64,000 bases of DNA. It comes from Basidiobolus meristosporus CBS 931.73 (Eukaryota > Fungi > Basidiobolomycota). Below, one piece after another: positions 25,101-39,606 of the stretch; the stretch's first letter is position 1, and each line of letters begins with the position of its first letter. The notes beneath the pieces were generated by a model, which made no database searches, was not told where the DNA came from, and saw only the letters and a program-made list of their open reading frames with translations. The DNA lies in the NCBI GenBank assembly GCA_002104905.1, contig MCFE01000388.1:19075-83074 (forward strand). Reading direction: 5' to 3'. The position numbers and the translations under genes were made by a program.

Positions 25101-27227
25101 AAGGCCTCGTTGGAGAATTTCGGTTTCTTGAAAAACGCATTTTTCTCTGGAACATCGAGCTGCTTGTAGAGCTTAGATACTAAAGATAGATCTGAGCCCT
25201 TTGGCATTCTGCTTTCCTCGTCCAACAGCGCCAGCACACCCAATTTCCCCTCTATCACATCGATACAAGGCTGATTATCACTGAACTCAATAAACTGCCA
25301 GCCAATCTCCTCCTTTATATACTCTTCCTGTTCCAGCTTGAAGACATGCTTGTTAAACTCTTGTTGGAGTTTTTCGTTCGCATAGTTGATGCAGAATTGT
25401 TCAAACGAGTTCTTTTCGAAGTGCTCAAACCCGTATATATCCAGCACTCCGATAAATGATGCCACGGTACTGGGATCGGTTTCGCTGCACAGGCTTTGGT
25501 TGATAATCTTGATCAGCCATCCAAAAAGGTTGGTATAGATGTACTTGGAGACCGCGTCTCGTGCGGTTATTGACTCCAAAGGGGATAAGGAATTGGTAAT
25601 CCTCTCGGATCGCATGATGATTTGTTTCTTCATCAGCCATTTTCGAAATTCGGCTGGATCAAGACCCAACAGAGCTGTAGCGGTCGTGAAGGCCAGATCC
25701 TCGACATCAATCGCAGCGCCATGCTTCTCAGAGCCAGCAATGTTAATATTACCAAGGTGCAGTATGGCGGCCAGGATCTTGAGTATGTTCTTCTGAGCAT
25801 CCTGCGTAACCCCAACTAGCTCCAGCTGATTTGCGTGTTTGTTCAAACTCCTCTTTGTCGTCCACCCCGTTGATTGTTCCTAGTCCACCTTGATTTAAAT
25901 AGTGGTATGTGCTGTAATCATCCAGCGATAGTTCCTCCTTCTCTTCTGAGGAGGCGCCTGCACATAGCTACATCCACGACGCATTAATAACTAGCAGTTA
26001 CTCCGAAAGATATGGCTCACCTACCTGATAAAATATGTGGTAATTACGCTCAGTGTAAGGCTGGTGAATCAGACGGGATCTTTCTAGAAGATAAGTACGT
26101 ATCCGAGCGCCAACAATGTTGGTTGTTTGGTCAAACAAGATCTGTTTTCAAGCCGTGAGTTTCTTATACGAGACTGAAGTAGTGTGTGTTGCGTACCTCA
26201 ATATATTTCCCAAAACGGGAGCTGTTGTCATTTCTAGTAGTTTTGGCGTTACCGAAAGCCTCGAGTATGGGATTGGTAGCTAACAGAAATTCAAATGGTA
26301 AGTACACTTAGCCTCACACCACCCGGTGAATGCCTTACCTAATATCTGTTCCTCCACTTCGCTTAGATCTGACCCGCCTGCTCAACAAAAGAATCAACGA
26401 AATGTAATTGTTTTGATGAGATGTAGAGCATGATTACCATTTCCTTCGGAGTCTTTGACTGAAGCAAAGTAACGCATGATAAACTTGGCGCTCACCGTTT
26501 TACCAGCCCCACTAGCGAGGAGGCACCCGGATTAGCATCTGGATGACAGTAATATTTTCCAACCATGCACGAACCTCTCTCCAGAAACAACTATCGTCTG
26601 GTTTTGATTCTCTCGCAACATACACCTGTAGGCATCTTCCGAGATGGCGAACAGATGTGGCTTCAGCTCACCTCGCGCTTTCCCCGAATATTCCTGGATG
26701 ACTTCAGGCGAATACAGAGAAACTTTATGAAATGGATTGCATGCAATCAGAACTATTCCCGAGTATGTATAGATTTCTCGCTGTGTATAGCGAGTATGGA
26801 TGTTGTGAAGTACTGGGATGAAAGTTAATCCATGCTCGAGCAATCCTTTGTGGAAAATACGCACCAGCTGGCTCATGCAAGTAACTTAGATTCGTCAAGT
26901 CGTCAATCCCTTCCAGAATCGGAGGATTACACAATGGGGGTAGGTCTGCTTGCTTGCATTTGACTTTCTCGAGGCTATACTGTTGGTTTACAAGCTTGGA
27001 CATGGCGAAGAGATAACACCATATGTGAATATGGGAAATCGAGAGAGGGCGAGCTATATCAAAGGACTTACTTGATCCCCGTCGGTTTTCATTTCAAAAT
27101 ATACAGTAGAATCTTCTATCCTTTTAGAGACTATCTGTCCCTTCACCCAGCCGTCTTCCTGGTCTGCCAGCCATACTTGGGTATCCTGTTCAAAGGTATG
27201 ATTCAATACGATGTTTTCACAGCTCAT
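22131..27227 (-). CDS. MYO2: Class V myosin (SH3-like N-terminus, motor, IQ repeats, coiled coil, DIL domain)
   Basis: Exon 1 [30 protein letters not shown]; [12 protein letters not shown]; [15 protein letters not shown]; TIVVSGE|SGAGKT; LDIYGFE; YIRCIKPN; IQ motifs; DIL-type [19 protein letters not shown]. Confidence 0.95.
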
Positions 27228-28715
27228 CAAGAAAGAATAGAACCTTTTCGTATGCCTCTAGAATCTGAAGATTATCCATTTCCCGTTATGTTTAGGCGAA
27301 ACGATATATTTTTTGGACCAAAGATGAAGTACAGAGCCGGCGCTTATATGAGGGTGGGTGGGCTAACGGTATTCCAAATCGAAAATAAGGCCAAAGGTTC
27401 ATAAACAAGGAACCTTGCTATCAATGAAATAAACAAGCTCACTCAGGGCGTGTACGGAGTATAAATGAAGGATAAAGAGTCCGTAGAATTCAAGGGGTAG
27501 AAGTCACAAAAATTCGCGATCACACCCGGCTACACAGGAACGCACCTGTCACAGCCTCCTCACAGCATCTTCAGATACTTCATTCCGGTTCACATGCACT
27601 AATCGTGCTACCGCTTTCATTGATGGATACATATAGTGAAGATTTGGTAACTCATTTAGTCCTCCTTTGTATTGATCCAATGACCTGAATATGAGTACGT
27701 TCTCTGATAAACATTGTGTAAAACCTCTCAGGTGTATAAAGTGTGAAAAGGGTGCAATTTGAGTGTCGCATATGTATGCCACTCTTGATTTGCTCCAATC
27801 AACTTGGATGCATGTACTACTATTTGACAACGTCAATGATGTTGTATGCATTGCTGTAGTGAGGGAATTCGACAGTGATTGGCTTGTACTTCCCATCCAT
27901 CTATTAAAGACTATTATCCATTAAAAGACCATGAAACTTGCGATGTCCTCGATAATGCACCTCATGTTAAAATAATCCTCCGATACCAGTACGTCAACCT
28001 TTATTAACTCCACAAGTTCCATGCATGAACAAGGTGCAGGTATTGCTCTTTACACGGTCTAATGAATCTGACACATGAACGTGTGCACCTTCCAGTACTC
28101 GGGATTATTTTCTATCCGATACCACATACCTGATGACCTGACTCTCCCTTTTACCATTCAGTCATAAATTTCTCGTTTGACCTCTAAGTAATCAGACGAT
28201 TCAAATATTGAAGCAATTAGGATCTAAACCCAATCTGGACTGGAATAGAATTTCCTTACTGCAGTCCTGTAGCGGTCATCTTGTTGACAAACCAACAAAT
28301 AATTCAAGTGTTCAAAGGAAAATTCTACAACATAGTACAAGTTTGCCGATATTCAGGGGGGATTAATTGTTCGTTGATGCGATCTCTTGAAGGCGGTGGT
28401 AATTGGCTTAATGCACATCAAGACCCTAATGTAACTTTCGAGATGCATACTGATTAAGAGGTATGCAGCCGCATGGATCCACTAATTATCGTATAAAGAA
28501 AAAGGAAAACCGAGGTTAAAACATGATTCAGTTACTGTTCAATAACAAAATGAGTAGCAGGAAATTGCATATGTTTGCAAAAACATATAAATACCTGTCA
28601 AGCAAAGCTACAAATTGAATTTGCAACAAGGAATATCACAATGATATTTTTCAAACGCACAACGAAGATACCTCAAGGAGTAATGACTCTTAATGATATG
28701 CCAAATCAAATGTAT

Positions 28716-28787
28716 GGCTCAATGGTCTAGTAGTATGATTCCTCGTTCGGGTCGAGGAGGTCCCGGGTTCAATTCCCGGTTGAGCCC
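28716..28787 (+). tRNA. tRNA-Pro(CGG), copy C
   Basis: Identical 72-nt sequence; upstream flank unrelated to copy B. Confidence 0.9.
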
Positions 28788-29107
28788 GTTTTGCTACACA
28801 AGCTTACGTATGCTTTTGTCAGCCATATTTTCATATCTTGAACCCATGAATATTCCTATGCCCTCCTAAAATCAGTGACTTCCCACTATCAAGAATTCCC
28901 TTTAAATAGGCGATGCTGTTCACCCGAAAACCTTGGATCATGTGCACATGCCACGGTGATTAGGTATCTTACGGCCAAGTCACTGCCATGATAGCTAACA
29001 TAGTTATCCAAGTGCTCTAGATGGCAAGTCAACAATTAGGAACCAACTACCAGTAACCATTTATTTGGTCTGTGGGAAATTGTGCCGAAGCGTTGACCAT
29101 ATTTCTA
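28716..29107 (+). repeat. Copy C: tRNA-Pro head + spacer + 168-bp core (core 28935-29102)
   Basis: Colinear with 14328-14718. Similarity begins at the tRNA first base and ends just after the core; two C-to-T changes in the core. Confidence 0.9.
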
Positions 29108-29533
29108 TTTTATTTATCCACAACTTTGAAATTCCCAAATATGATAATTTGATACATAAATATTCTTGGTAATTATTGGAAGAATTCGTCAAGTAACTTG
29201 GTATATTCTTGGAAAAATAGCATTGTCTATTCGGCAACCTACGTAACTGGTGTCGGATAGATAGTGTAGCAGATTGAGAAATTTTACATCATACGTCTCA
29301 CATAGAAAGTCATGGAATTATCCCTTGGGCGCAATGACACGGCAGGAACCATCATGGGATTGCCATAGTCAGGAGTGTGCATCCTGCAAGGGGCATGGAA
29401 CATCGCCAAATGGGTGGCAGTAGAGAGGGTTGATTTATTCATTGATTGACATGTATGAGGAGGAATAGAATCGAATAAAACTCAAGGTAAACGAAACGAA
29501 ACGAAACGAAAAGGGAATGTTAATTATATTACA

Positions 29534-32500
29534 TTAATTCATGAAGACGTCCAACCGGTTCAACTGTGCGTAAGTATCGGCTGGCATTCTGAACTGAATC
29601 ATTCCGGCGAACACCATGAGCGCCCTAGCCTTCTGACGGATGAGAAGCATTTTCTACATGGATCAACAGGTTAATGTGGGTCATGTCCGGAATAGTTGAA
29701 GGTAGGGTTCACTTACGTTTTGTCGAGCAGAGTCGCTGTAAGGGGAGTTCTTGAGTGGCCCGTAGATCTTGGAGAGCACATTCATGGTGGTCAAAAGGAT
29801 ATCGGGGAAATGGCGGCCAATATTTTCATCCAATCCCTTGAATTCATCGACCTTCCTGCTGATGAGGCTCATGTCATTCTCAAGAGGGATGATATTTAAG
29901 GCCTCGATAGCCTAAAATGTTGAACGTGGTTAGTGTTTGCAAGAAAACCCCCTGAACGATCCCGGGTTACCATTAATGCGTCTTCCCAACGGTTGCTTTC
30001 GGCCAATGACTTGAACTCCAACAACTTGAGTAGGATGCCGCAGGTTTCTTTGCTCTTCTCGGAAACCTTGGAGATCTTTTCTGGACTCTGCATGTAGTGT
30101 GAGATCACCTCTTCGGCAGTGGTTTTGATGTTGGAGGTGCTGGACAAACCAACCACTCCGGAAACGTCGTTGGCGAAGGTTTGCTGCTTTTGAAGAGGCG
30201 CGGCAAGAGAGTCGGAGAGTTGCTTGATTATCACCATGATGACAGTATCATAGTCCTCGGCCAAATCATAGAGTCGGAGGGCATCTGAGAACTTGCCTTC
30301 GGTGTAGTTCCTCTCAGCAGTGCGCTTGGTAAGATCTCTGACGAAATCCTTCTCGTTCTGGATTGAAATAAGCGGAAGGTATTTTTCGATGGAGCCAGGT
30401 TGGTGGGTTCCATCAGGTCTTAGGTCGCCCAACAGAGTTTGGTAGTCTCCAGTCTCCATGACCAGATCACAGATGTAGTCGTGACAAAGGGTGATGTAGT
30501 CCTGACCAACTGAGTGGCCAAAGAGACAGAGGATGCACAGGTAATGCAGGGCCTCCAATGGGTCGGAGCGTGCAAACATATTGGTGTATTGGTGAATCAT
30601 GCGAGGGATGTTGAATGAGACAGAGTCGAAGCCAGTGGAATCTGTGTCCTTGATCAAGAAGTCCATACTCAAGTTCTGCAGGTCTCTGGGGACCTTGAGA
30701 AGACCATAATAAGCGAGAGCAATGGCAAAGTGAACAGCCTCCACCTGGTATCTGTTAGACACATAGAGGTAATGGACAGCTCTCTCAAATTGGCAACTGA
30801 GCAGCAGGACTTGGAAGTAATGGATGGGGTTGTTCCCCTTAGGGTTGAAATGTGCTGCTCCGAACTTGAGTAAGAGTGTTTGGAGGTCACGTAGAGAATA
30901 TCTTTCGTGGACCAGGTCGCTGGGATCAATGGATTCTCTGATCAGAGTCAATTGCAACCAGAGGTAGTCCTCGGTGGTTTGAATGACATCTGCCACTGTC
31001 TTCTGCTTCAGTTCGCATCTGCCAAGAATCTTGTAAACGGCGATTTTGTATGGATCGGGAATGTCTCTAACGTTACGTGTTTGCTGAGTGTACTCAGCAA
31101 GCAGATATTCACGCATATTGTTGGGAAGAAGATGGTTTTCGTCGTTAAGATATGCCTTGAAATAGGCGACGAAAGAGCTTTCGGAGTTTTGAAGGTAGTT
31201 TTGATGCTCCAAGGCAAACTTGTAGGCTTCTTGAGCATGACCGGATCTCAATAAATAATAGATGTGTGCCCAGATGGGTGTGTTGTTGTAAACCTCAAGG
31301 TGAGGAGGGAAAACGTTTCCGGGTCTCCAAAGCTTCAGGTTAATATAAGCACGGATTTTGTTATGAATGGATGGAATACCGCCCAGGTTGGCATCTTGAG
31401 GACGCATAATAATAGTCTTTTCGATGTGCTCCAGGAATTGATCTTCCAAATATTTGCGCGAGTTATCAACAAGCTCCTGTCGGAGTTTAACTGCCTGAGA
31501 ACTGCTATAGTTTTCGTTCAGATAAGCTCTGGAATATTGCCCTTCCTCGAGGGTCTGTCGCTGGAAAACGCCATTGATAACGTGTTGCTCTCCAACAACT
31601 GTAGCCAATAGCTTCCAGCTGTCAATGATTTGTTGGGCTTTCATGTCCCCGCTCAAGCTTTTAGCGATTTCCTCGAATGCATGAACAACACCGTAGGCCT
31701 CCTTATTAAGACGATGATCGTTCAGCACCTTAACAACATTGGCGTAACGGATCATTCTTGAATGGGCTTGAAGGCCAGAGGCGGACTGGTTGCCCGAGCG
31801 CACACTTCTACCCAAGGTAGAAGCTCCCAGTTTCGAGCTGCTCAAGAAGTTAGAAGCAATCTCAGAGGAGCCGAAATCGGTTTCCATCCCCTCGACGCTT
31901 CTGCCCTTATGCTGGCCAAGTTCCTCGAATATCTTCTTCTTGGATCTTTCCCATTCGAGTGAGAGGAGGCGCTCGCAAGTGGAATCGAAATCTTTGAGTG
32001 ACTAAATTCAAAAGGTTGGTGATCCCGTATTTACTGACGTGGCTACCACAAACACCAACCTGCTTACGCCCTTCTTCTATGGCACTGATGATAATCTGTT
32101 CATATTCATGACGTAGATGACCCTATAACGTGTTTGTTTTTAGGAATTGACGTGGTATGGCGAACAGGGGAGTTTCTAGTACCTCGATATCTGTATCATG
32201 AATAGGCTTCAATGGCTCGAAAGTTGTAAGAGGATTGATGGAATTGAGCGTTTGTGTAAGTTCATCAGCATTAAAACCACCATCGGCAAGAAGATAATGT
32301 CTTTTCAGAGAGAGGGAGAAGAAAAGTTTGAGTTAAGCCCAGAAGATACGTTCCCTAACAACCAAGAACGGACTTACGCTTTACTATCGATTCCGTCACC
32401 AGTTCTAGCAGCCTTCGCGGCAAGTTTTCTAGAAGAATTTTCGATCTGACCAAGGCCGCGCTCTATCTGCGGTAAATCAACAGAAGAAGAAATTTGGTCG

Positions 32501-32547
32501 GTCAAACGACGCGATTGCTCCAACAGTTGCTTAAGATTAGCCGCCAT
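29534..32547 (-). CDS. NIC96: Nucleoporin Nic96/Nup93, multi-exon
   Basis: MAANLKQLLEQSRRLT...LPQIERGLGQIE; TTFEPL..DTDIE; IWAHIYYLLRSGH; DPYKIAVYKILGRC; EDYLWLQL; FQVLLLSCQFERAV; EAVHFAIALAYYGLL; ends RMPADTYAQLNRLDVFMN*. Confidence 0.95.
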
Positions 32548-32888
32548 GATGGTGTGTATATTCCAAGATTGACCGAGGTGACCGTAGTCGTCTAAAGGCT
32601 TGCTAAGGAATAAGAGATGAGAGATTTCAAGAATTGATTTGTTTTGATGATTTTTCTTTTTTCAATCATTACCATAAATTTTTCGTAGGTTACTTTGGGT
32701 ATGATCTTGAGCAATTATCGGTTTATCCCAATTTACAAGCATTGATTCGAACCTTGTACGCGAAATTCCAATGTAATTCACCAAAATGCTAAACCGCAGT
32801 ATCCTAGCATTTGTTGACATAAGCTATGTTTAATGGGTAGGGAGGGTAACATGCGTAAGAGCCAGATACTCCTTGGTTATTAAAGAGA

Positions 32889-33975
32889 ATGGCACCTGCC
32901 AAAAAGAAGGCCAAAGTCGAGAGCAGCGACGATGGTATAGTAATATCTGCTACTATAGTCCGCTAGTCGAGATGTTCATACTTGCTTTTGTGGAAGCTGA
33001 ACAAACCGTACTTGAATACCTACACAAAACTAACAGGCCTTACAGTGCCAGTATGAACGTCTATCTATTTCCTTTTATTGCTCTCACTCACTCGGCCTTT
33101 GTTGTCCTCAGCCGATATTTTCAACAATCTTCACGGGGCAGTTGGGAAAACCGCGATTCAGAAGATCCTGACGCAGCTTGTAGAGAAAGAGGAGATTATG
33201 GGGAAGGTGTACGGGAAGCAGTGGGTTTATTGTATTAGTCAGGTAAAACAGGACTCTGGATCCACCCTTCGTAGCGGAAAACTGGCAACTCCAGCGTTCC
33301 ATATTTAGGACAAGTTTGAAACACCTTCTCAAGGAGATTTAGACAATATGGATGAAATCATTGAGGACCTGAAGCAGAAGCTGGAGCAACAGAAAGAGAA
33401 AAACAAACAGCTGGCCTCAGGTAATGGGGAAGTTCGTTAACAACAGATATGCTGGTGATTCAGTTCGCGTTGTTTAGTTTTAAGCGGGCTCAATAACTCG
33501 CTCACAAATGGGGAGATCGAAGCAAAATTAAGCTCACTCGAGGATGAGGTAAACTGAAATAGATAAAGGCAGTCATGTTATTCGATGCTAATTATTTTGC
33601 CAGAATAAGCGGTATGCGGAGAGGCTGGCCAATTTACGAGAGGGCGGTAAGCAAATGAGCCTGGAGGAAAAAAACAAGATCGACTCCGAATACGATGGTA
33701 ACCGAAAAGTCTGGAGGGCGCGAAAAAGAATGGTATGTCTTCAGCCCTTACATACAATGCGAGACAGATGGTAATATCCACAGTTTACCGATATATTCAA
33801 CACCATCACGGAATTTATGCCTGGCAAACCAAAGGATCTGCTGGTAAGTGTGTGCGCTTACCTAGCTTGATGCGGTATGAGTAATCGTACGTGCTATCCA
33901 TAGGTGGAGCAAGGGATAGAAACCGATGCGGATGTTGGTGTAGATGTCAATGCTGATCCGCTGGCCGGCATGTAG
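32889..33975 (+). CDS. HOP2: Meiotic recombination factor Hop2 (TBPIP/PSMC3IP), multi-exon
   Basis: EQTVLEYLHKTNRPYSA|DIFNNLHGAVGKTAIQKILTQL...GKVYGKQWVYC (winged helix), then coiled coil; WRARKR near the C-terminus. Confidence 0.9.
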
Positions 33976-34224
33976 GCAAGATTGGTTGAGCAGCATTGCT
34001 ACAAGGAATTGTACTTACTTGCTAAAGAAATTGATTTGCTATATAAATAACGAATAAATCCAACAACTTGGGAAGTAAAATCCTACCAATCATTCCATGA
34101 AGTATGATGTCAATGGGTCTGCGGATTGGTCCGTTATAAAGCCTATTTTGCAAGATATGTGAAGAGATATAGTTTCTGGTCTAAAACCCACATTATTGCA
34201 TACCATCCTTAATTTTATCAGTTT

Positions 34225-36909
34225 ATGGCTACTCAGCATTCGAAGCCTTGGGAGGCTAATCTTCTTACTCAGTTCCAAAACAGAGATGCCACTGTTCAGG
34301 CGTTCAGAAGTATATTCGATTCCTGTAAGTATAACAAACCCCCAAGCACGGTACTTGAACTGACAGTTTGTGTGGATTCCCAATGCAGACTACCGACTAG
34401 AACAGAAATTGCTCAGCCTGAAAAAAGAGCATGCAGAGGAGGTTTCTAGTTTAAGAGTGCAACAACAGCAGGCAGACCTTCAAAAATTAGACAAAGGGAG
34501 ACTTGAAGAAAGGTCAGCTTATATATAGGGATAGTGGGCAGATATTGAAATGTTGAAATAGGGCTCTACTTGTGGATCAAAATCGTTTCAAGGAGCTGGA
34601 AAAACAAATTCTGGACCTGAAGGAGGAACGAGGCGAGCTATACAAAACCCAAGGACAGAATGCACAAAGATTGCTAGAGGCAAACGAGACTATGAAGAGA
34701 TTGGAACAGAAAAGCAAATCAGATGAGCAAAAGTAGAGAGCCTGTCCAAAATAGCATGTATTGCGACAATATCTAATGAGATTGAGCGGTATCCAGGATA
34801 GAAAAGTTGACTGCAGAGGTGGAGAAGCTGGTTGTCAAAGTACAGCATCAGGTTGAAGTAATACGTGAGAAAGATTCAACAATTCAAGTGTGTTTGTTTG
34901 CTAGCCTCTTCCAACGCGACCATCATTACTCACCACTCTGTACAGTTTATTCACGATGAGATGACAGCGTTGCAACTGGAGCTGACCAAGACCGATGAGA
35001 AAATGGCCGAAATAAAGAAGGAGAATTCAGAGCTGCTTGATCGCTGGATAAAAAAGAAGAATGAGGAGGTGGAGCGCATGAACGAAGCAAATCTATACTC
35101 AGAAAGGCATTGACGCTCAAATAAGCCTTTATGCAACCGGCTGTTGTTAACAGATTTTCAATGGCCATAGGTCGTCTCGCCACGAAAAGAGCCTCTCTGG
35201 TTCTAGTTATTTAGCGGATGCGATTTGGAAGTAAGTGTCAAGGCATTAGCCATGCCATGCCATTGCACGGGATTCACAGTTGTTTCCAGGCTTCGCAGAT
35301 CGACCATCGGCTCCCCTCAGATCAGCCCCACGCCACTTCCAAAGCAATTGAACGAAGTCTATGCAGAGTCTATCATGCCCTCCGAGCTCAAGCTTAAATT
35401 CGTGAGTGCCCTCTCTCGTAGCACTCGTCTTGCGATTTCACCAAATTGACTGCGAGTGTTTTGAGCCTGCACACACAGATGTTATAAATACCATCCAAAT
35501 ATCACCCGATGGGGCCATGATAGCAACTGGTGGTGAAGATAAGAAAGTCAAAATATTTGACAGCCGAAAAGGTGTTGTGTCTATGGTTGAGTACCGGCAT
35601 GTAGCGGGCCTTGACGTGTCTATTGATAGGGAGCTTGATTCACAACTTTGGTGGCTCAATTCAATCGGTGATGTGCGTTGACTTCAGCTATACGGATGAT
35701 ATGGTTCTTGGTACTTCAAACGATAACTCGACTCGTCTGTGGAGCACCAGCACGGGCCGTCTGAAGGTTTGACTCTGGATTTCGGCTGGTGAATCTTCTC
35801 CCTGATTTTGACAACAATCTGCAGATGACCTTGACCGGCCACATCGGCAAAGTTTTCTCGGCGAGATTCAACGGAGACTCTTCACGAGTGGTATGTGACA
35901 AAATGACGCTACGGAATTCAAATACTTACACTTCAGCATCAGATCTCCGGCAGCCACGATCGTACCATAAAGATATGGGATCTACACCGGGGATATTGTA
36001 AGATGCTCCTGTCACGTAAAAATTCGTAGGAATTCCACTAATCAAGCATTCCAGGTGTCCGGACAATCTTCTCCTTCTCTAGTTGTAATGATGTCTGCCT
36101 TGCTGACAGTGATGGGTATGTGCTTGCCGTGTGCTTGTTCCATGCCAATACTAATCGAATGACCCTGTGCAGCTCAACAATAGTCAGCGGGCATTTGGAC
36201 AATAATGTTCGCATATGGGATGCACGGAGCGGAAAATGCATCAAGGACTTGGGTGGAATCCACCAAGCCCAGATTACCTCGGTTGGCGTTACGCCAGGTA
36301 AAATCGAATCTTCCGGTTGGTGTTGCATGGTGATTAACCTTATTCATTAGACGGGTCCAAAATGCTGACTAGCTCCAGAGACAACACGCTAAAGCTTGTA
36401 GACCTGAAAAACTATGAGACGCTCCATACCTATCAGTAAGCCTATCTGTCTTCACGCCTCTTTCAGCTGAGACTCACATTCTCCTTAGGGCCGAAGGCTA
36501 TGTCAGTGGGATGAATTGGGCTAAAGCAGCAATCAGGTTTGTTAGGTCAACTCGCCTTGTTGGGCAAATGGCTAACCTTCGTTGTGCCTTAGTCGAGATG
36601 GAAGATATGTCGCTGCGGGGTCGGCAGGTACGAAACCGGAGAGCAACATAGCCAGCTTACCGTCACCAATCACTAACACCACTCGTTTGACTAGACGGAA
36701 CGATCTATTTCTGGGACATGGAGTCGAGCAGCCTGATCAAGAAACTCAAGGAACACACGTAGGCCACTTCACTCGTTTGCACTTTGATGTGAGCCTCAGC
36801 CACTAACAAACGTTTGCCCAGCTCGGCTATATGTGGTGTCGTCTGGAGTCCTTTGGGAGATCACGTATTTAGTGCGGATCGCGATCGGACTGTGTGCATT
36901 TGGAACTAG
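34225..36909 (+). CDS. ATG16: Autophagy protein Atg16 with C-terminal WD40 propeller (ATG16L1-like), multi-exon
   Basis: N-terminal W...L..RD helix; coiled coil ending IHDEMTALQLEL...ENSELLDRWIKKKNEEVERMNEAN; WD repeats (IATGGEDKKVKIFD, LTGHIGKVFS, SGHLDNNVRIWD, SRDNTLKL). Confidence 0.85.
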
Positions 36910-37117
36910 GCACATGCAATCTGACTTCTATCAATCATGGGTGCTTTATAGATGGTACAGATATAAAATTGGGGAAATAAACGGGCGAAGAGGCGGGTGA
37001 ATATTACAACTAAGCTCTCCGGAGAGTAGTATAGATAAGAAGAGAAGAGATTGGTATGGGCCTATGTCGGGGTGTGATGGGTGGTATAGAGTGGTAGGAT
37101 CAGGGTGGTGAAGGAAG

Positions 37118-39606
37118 CTAATAGCTTGAGACGACATCCTGAGCATGTCTCAATGTTTGCGCGAATTGTGTGGTGTCATCACTCTCTTCCTCTAGAAAAT
37201 TGTAGTTGTCCTCTTGCGTGTACTCCTCTTCACAATCGTCTTCGGCACCGTAGACTAATCGGTCGTATTCCACCTCCACATACTCGTCCCAGGGGCTAAT
37301 TGAAGCAGTTATTAGGGTTGGCTCTGATGCTTTGGGGTCAACACTTCGCTACTCACCTGACCGTCTCTTCGAAAAGACCCATTCTTCGCTTCCGGCGCAA
37401 GTGTCGTGGTCTACTTTCGTAATCGATAAAGCGGGATAGATTGAAGAACATGTCGAAAAATACATTGGCTTCGGGGCAATTTTTTAGATCCATCAAGGTG
37501 ATTACCCCCTCCTTCTTGGGATTGACGAGGTCCGACCTATTGGGCCACACATTGATTAGCATTCAAGGTTTCCGAGATGGCTGGACTGAACACCACTTAC
37601 ATCTGACAGAAACAATCGTCCAAGGAAACATACTCTACGCCGGCATATTCCATCCGGCTTAGCTGCTCTTCGTAGAAATACTCCAACTCAAACACCGTAA
37701 GTAAGCCATCTCCGTCTATATCCAAGCAACGGAACCAGTATTCAATGGCAGTGGGCGTGCTTTTGTTGACTTCAGATAGGATGAACCCTATAATCAATAC
37801 GACATTAGGAAATCGCCCTCAGAACCAAGTCCGCACTTGCACTTGCACTTACAAACAAAGTCTCTGTAGCTCATCTTGGGCTCTGGATAGTCGGCAAGCG
37901 GCAAGTCACTGATTTTGCCGTATCCATCGATGACACGTCTTATGATCTTGTCAGTTAATGAGCCCTCCATATAGCAGGCTAGTTGATCCTCGTTGATTTC
38001 CAGATCGTGGTCCTCGTCCAATTCCCAGAATTTGCAGTAAATCACGTAGAAATCTTTGTAAGAAAAGCATGTTTTGCTCTGTAGAGAGTGTTAAGCCACA
38101 TGTCGCATCGTCGGTTTTCGCAGAATATGGCTTACCTCGTCGGAGTCGATTCCATTCTCAATCGAGTGAATGGTTTCCATGATCTTTCCGCGTTTGAATT
38201 CCTCAAATCGGAGTTTTCCTGTCCAGCTGCGGTTGTGGTCATAAAATAGACGGGAAACGACAGTTTCGGCTTGTGAGGTAGAATTCCTGGTTAATGTGCC
38301 ATTCATCCGATAGAAATGAAAGTTGCTTGAAGTACCATATCTATCCTGAAAAGTGGTGTTCCCGTTCAAAAATTCCAACTCTGGATGGCCACAGATGATG
38401 TCTGTTGGGGATTGTTAACTTTGCTCCATAAGTGATGATGAGGTGGATTACCATACCTTCTAATACGACGTAGAAGTCTTCGGGCACCAGGTAGTTGCTG
38501 TCGTCCTGCTTTAATAGGTAGAATCCAAGCGACGCCTCATCCTTGGCCTCTTTCTGAATAAGCCTCCATCCTCTGAGAAGCAACATGATTAATAGGTATA
38601 ATATACCTTTAGCATAGTATATACATACCTCATCAACTGATTGTAATTGATGGAGTTTTCGCAGTCCAATATCACCTCCAATTTCCGGAACAAGGCAAAA
38701 GTGAAATATCGGGGAAGTAGAAAAGCCTCTGTAACGGGAACGAACGTCTCATCAGTTAGAGAGCCTTGCTGATCGAAGATCGATTTCAGCTTTTCCTGTA
38801 GAAGTTGAAACCTGCCGTGTTAGCTCTGCACCACCAGTTGATCAGTAATAAACAGAACTAACCAGGTTGCAGGTAATCTGGTTGTGGTATGTAGAAATAA
38901 GCTCAGGATTTCCACGGGGAAAATAAAACTGTGGAATGGATCTTGGTGCCACTTGTGCTGGTACGGAACGCTCTGAACCCTCTATTTTTCTACTAGAGGT
39001 TTTCTTTAAAGCAGTGGCACTAGCCGCTATGTCATTGTCTTCGGCTTCTTGGAAAATGAGCTTCTTCGGTTTTTGTGGCGAAAGGAAAAAACTGTCTTCC
39101 TCTTCCGGTGGATACTCGGCACTTTCATCGGAGATGGGTGATAACGCCTCAAATTTGAGTCGAGTAGACCGAGTTGGTGAATATACCTCGACGGGTGAGC
39201 GAATACGTGTAAGTGGCGAGGAAGGTGAGCCTACAACATCTGCTGTTTGTCATTAAAGATTGGCCTTTACAAAAAAAAATATCCTCAAATTCCAAGGGTA
39301 TGTACCTGAATCGAAAATAAATGATTTTGGAGATTTTCTTGCACAGATAGGACTAATTGGTGCTGGGGAGCGTGGAGAATTAGCAGGCTTATATGGCGAG
39401 CCAGCCTTTGAAAGCTTTTCGGGGCTATTAGAGCTGGCCAGCTTTTGCTTGAGGATATCGTTGTACCTTGGCGAATAGGACGCTCTGTTAATTTCATCAC
39501 GATTTGGGCTTTGAATGAATCGGTCTGATACTTCGTCCACTTGGGGTAACGACGAAGATAGCATTTTGCTGCTCTTGGGGGTTCTTATTGGACTTGTGAG
39601 CGACAT
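37118..39606 (-). CDS. Protein phosphatase 2A regulatory subunit B'' (PR72/PPP2R3 family, EF-hand), multi-exon
   Basis: YLVPEDFYVVLE..HPGLEFL; FQDRY..AETVVSRLFY; FWELDEDHD; KSTPTAIEYWFRCLDIDGDG; DCFCQM; FFDMFFNLSRF. ATG at 39606. Confidence 0.88.

Noticed and set aside
26725-27003. ORF-track start suggesting an N-terminally truncated myosin
   Set aside because: A short upstream exon (27227 to about 27072) supplies the SH3-like N-terminus in frame.
27549-27896. 115-aa minus-strand ORF in the myosin-tRNA intergenic region
   Set aside because: No recognisable domain; surrounding frames are broken.
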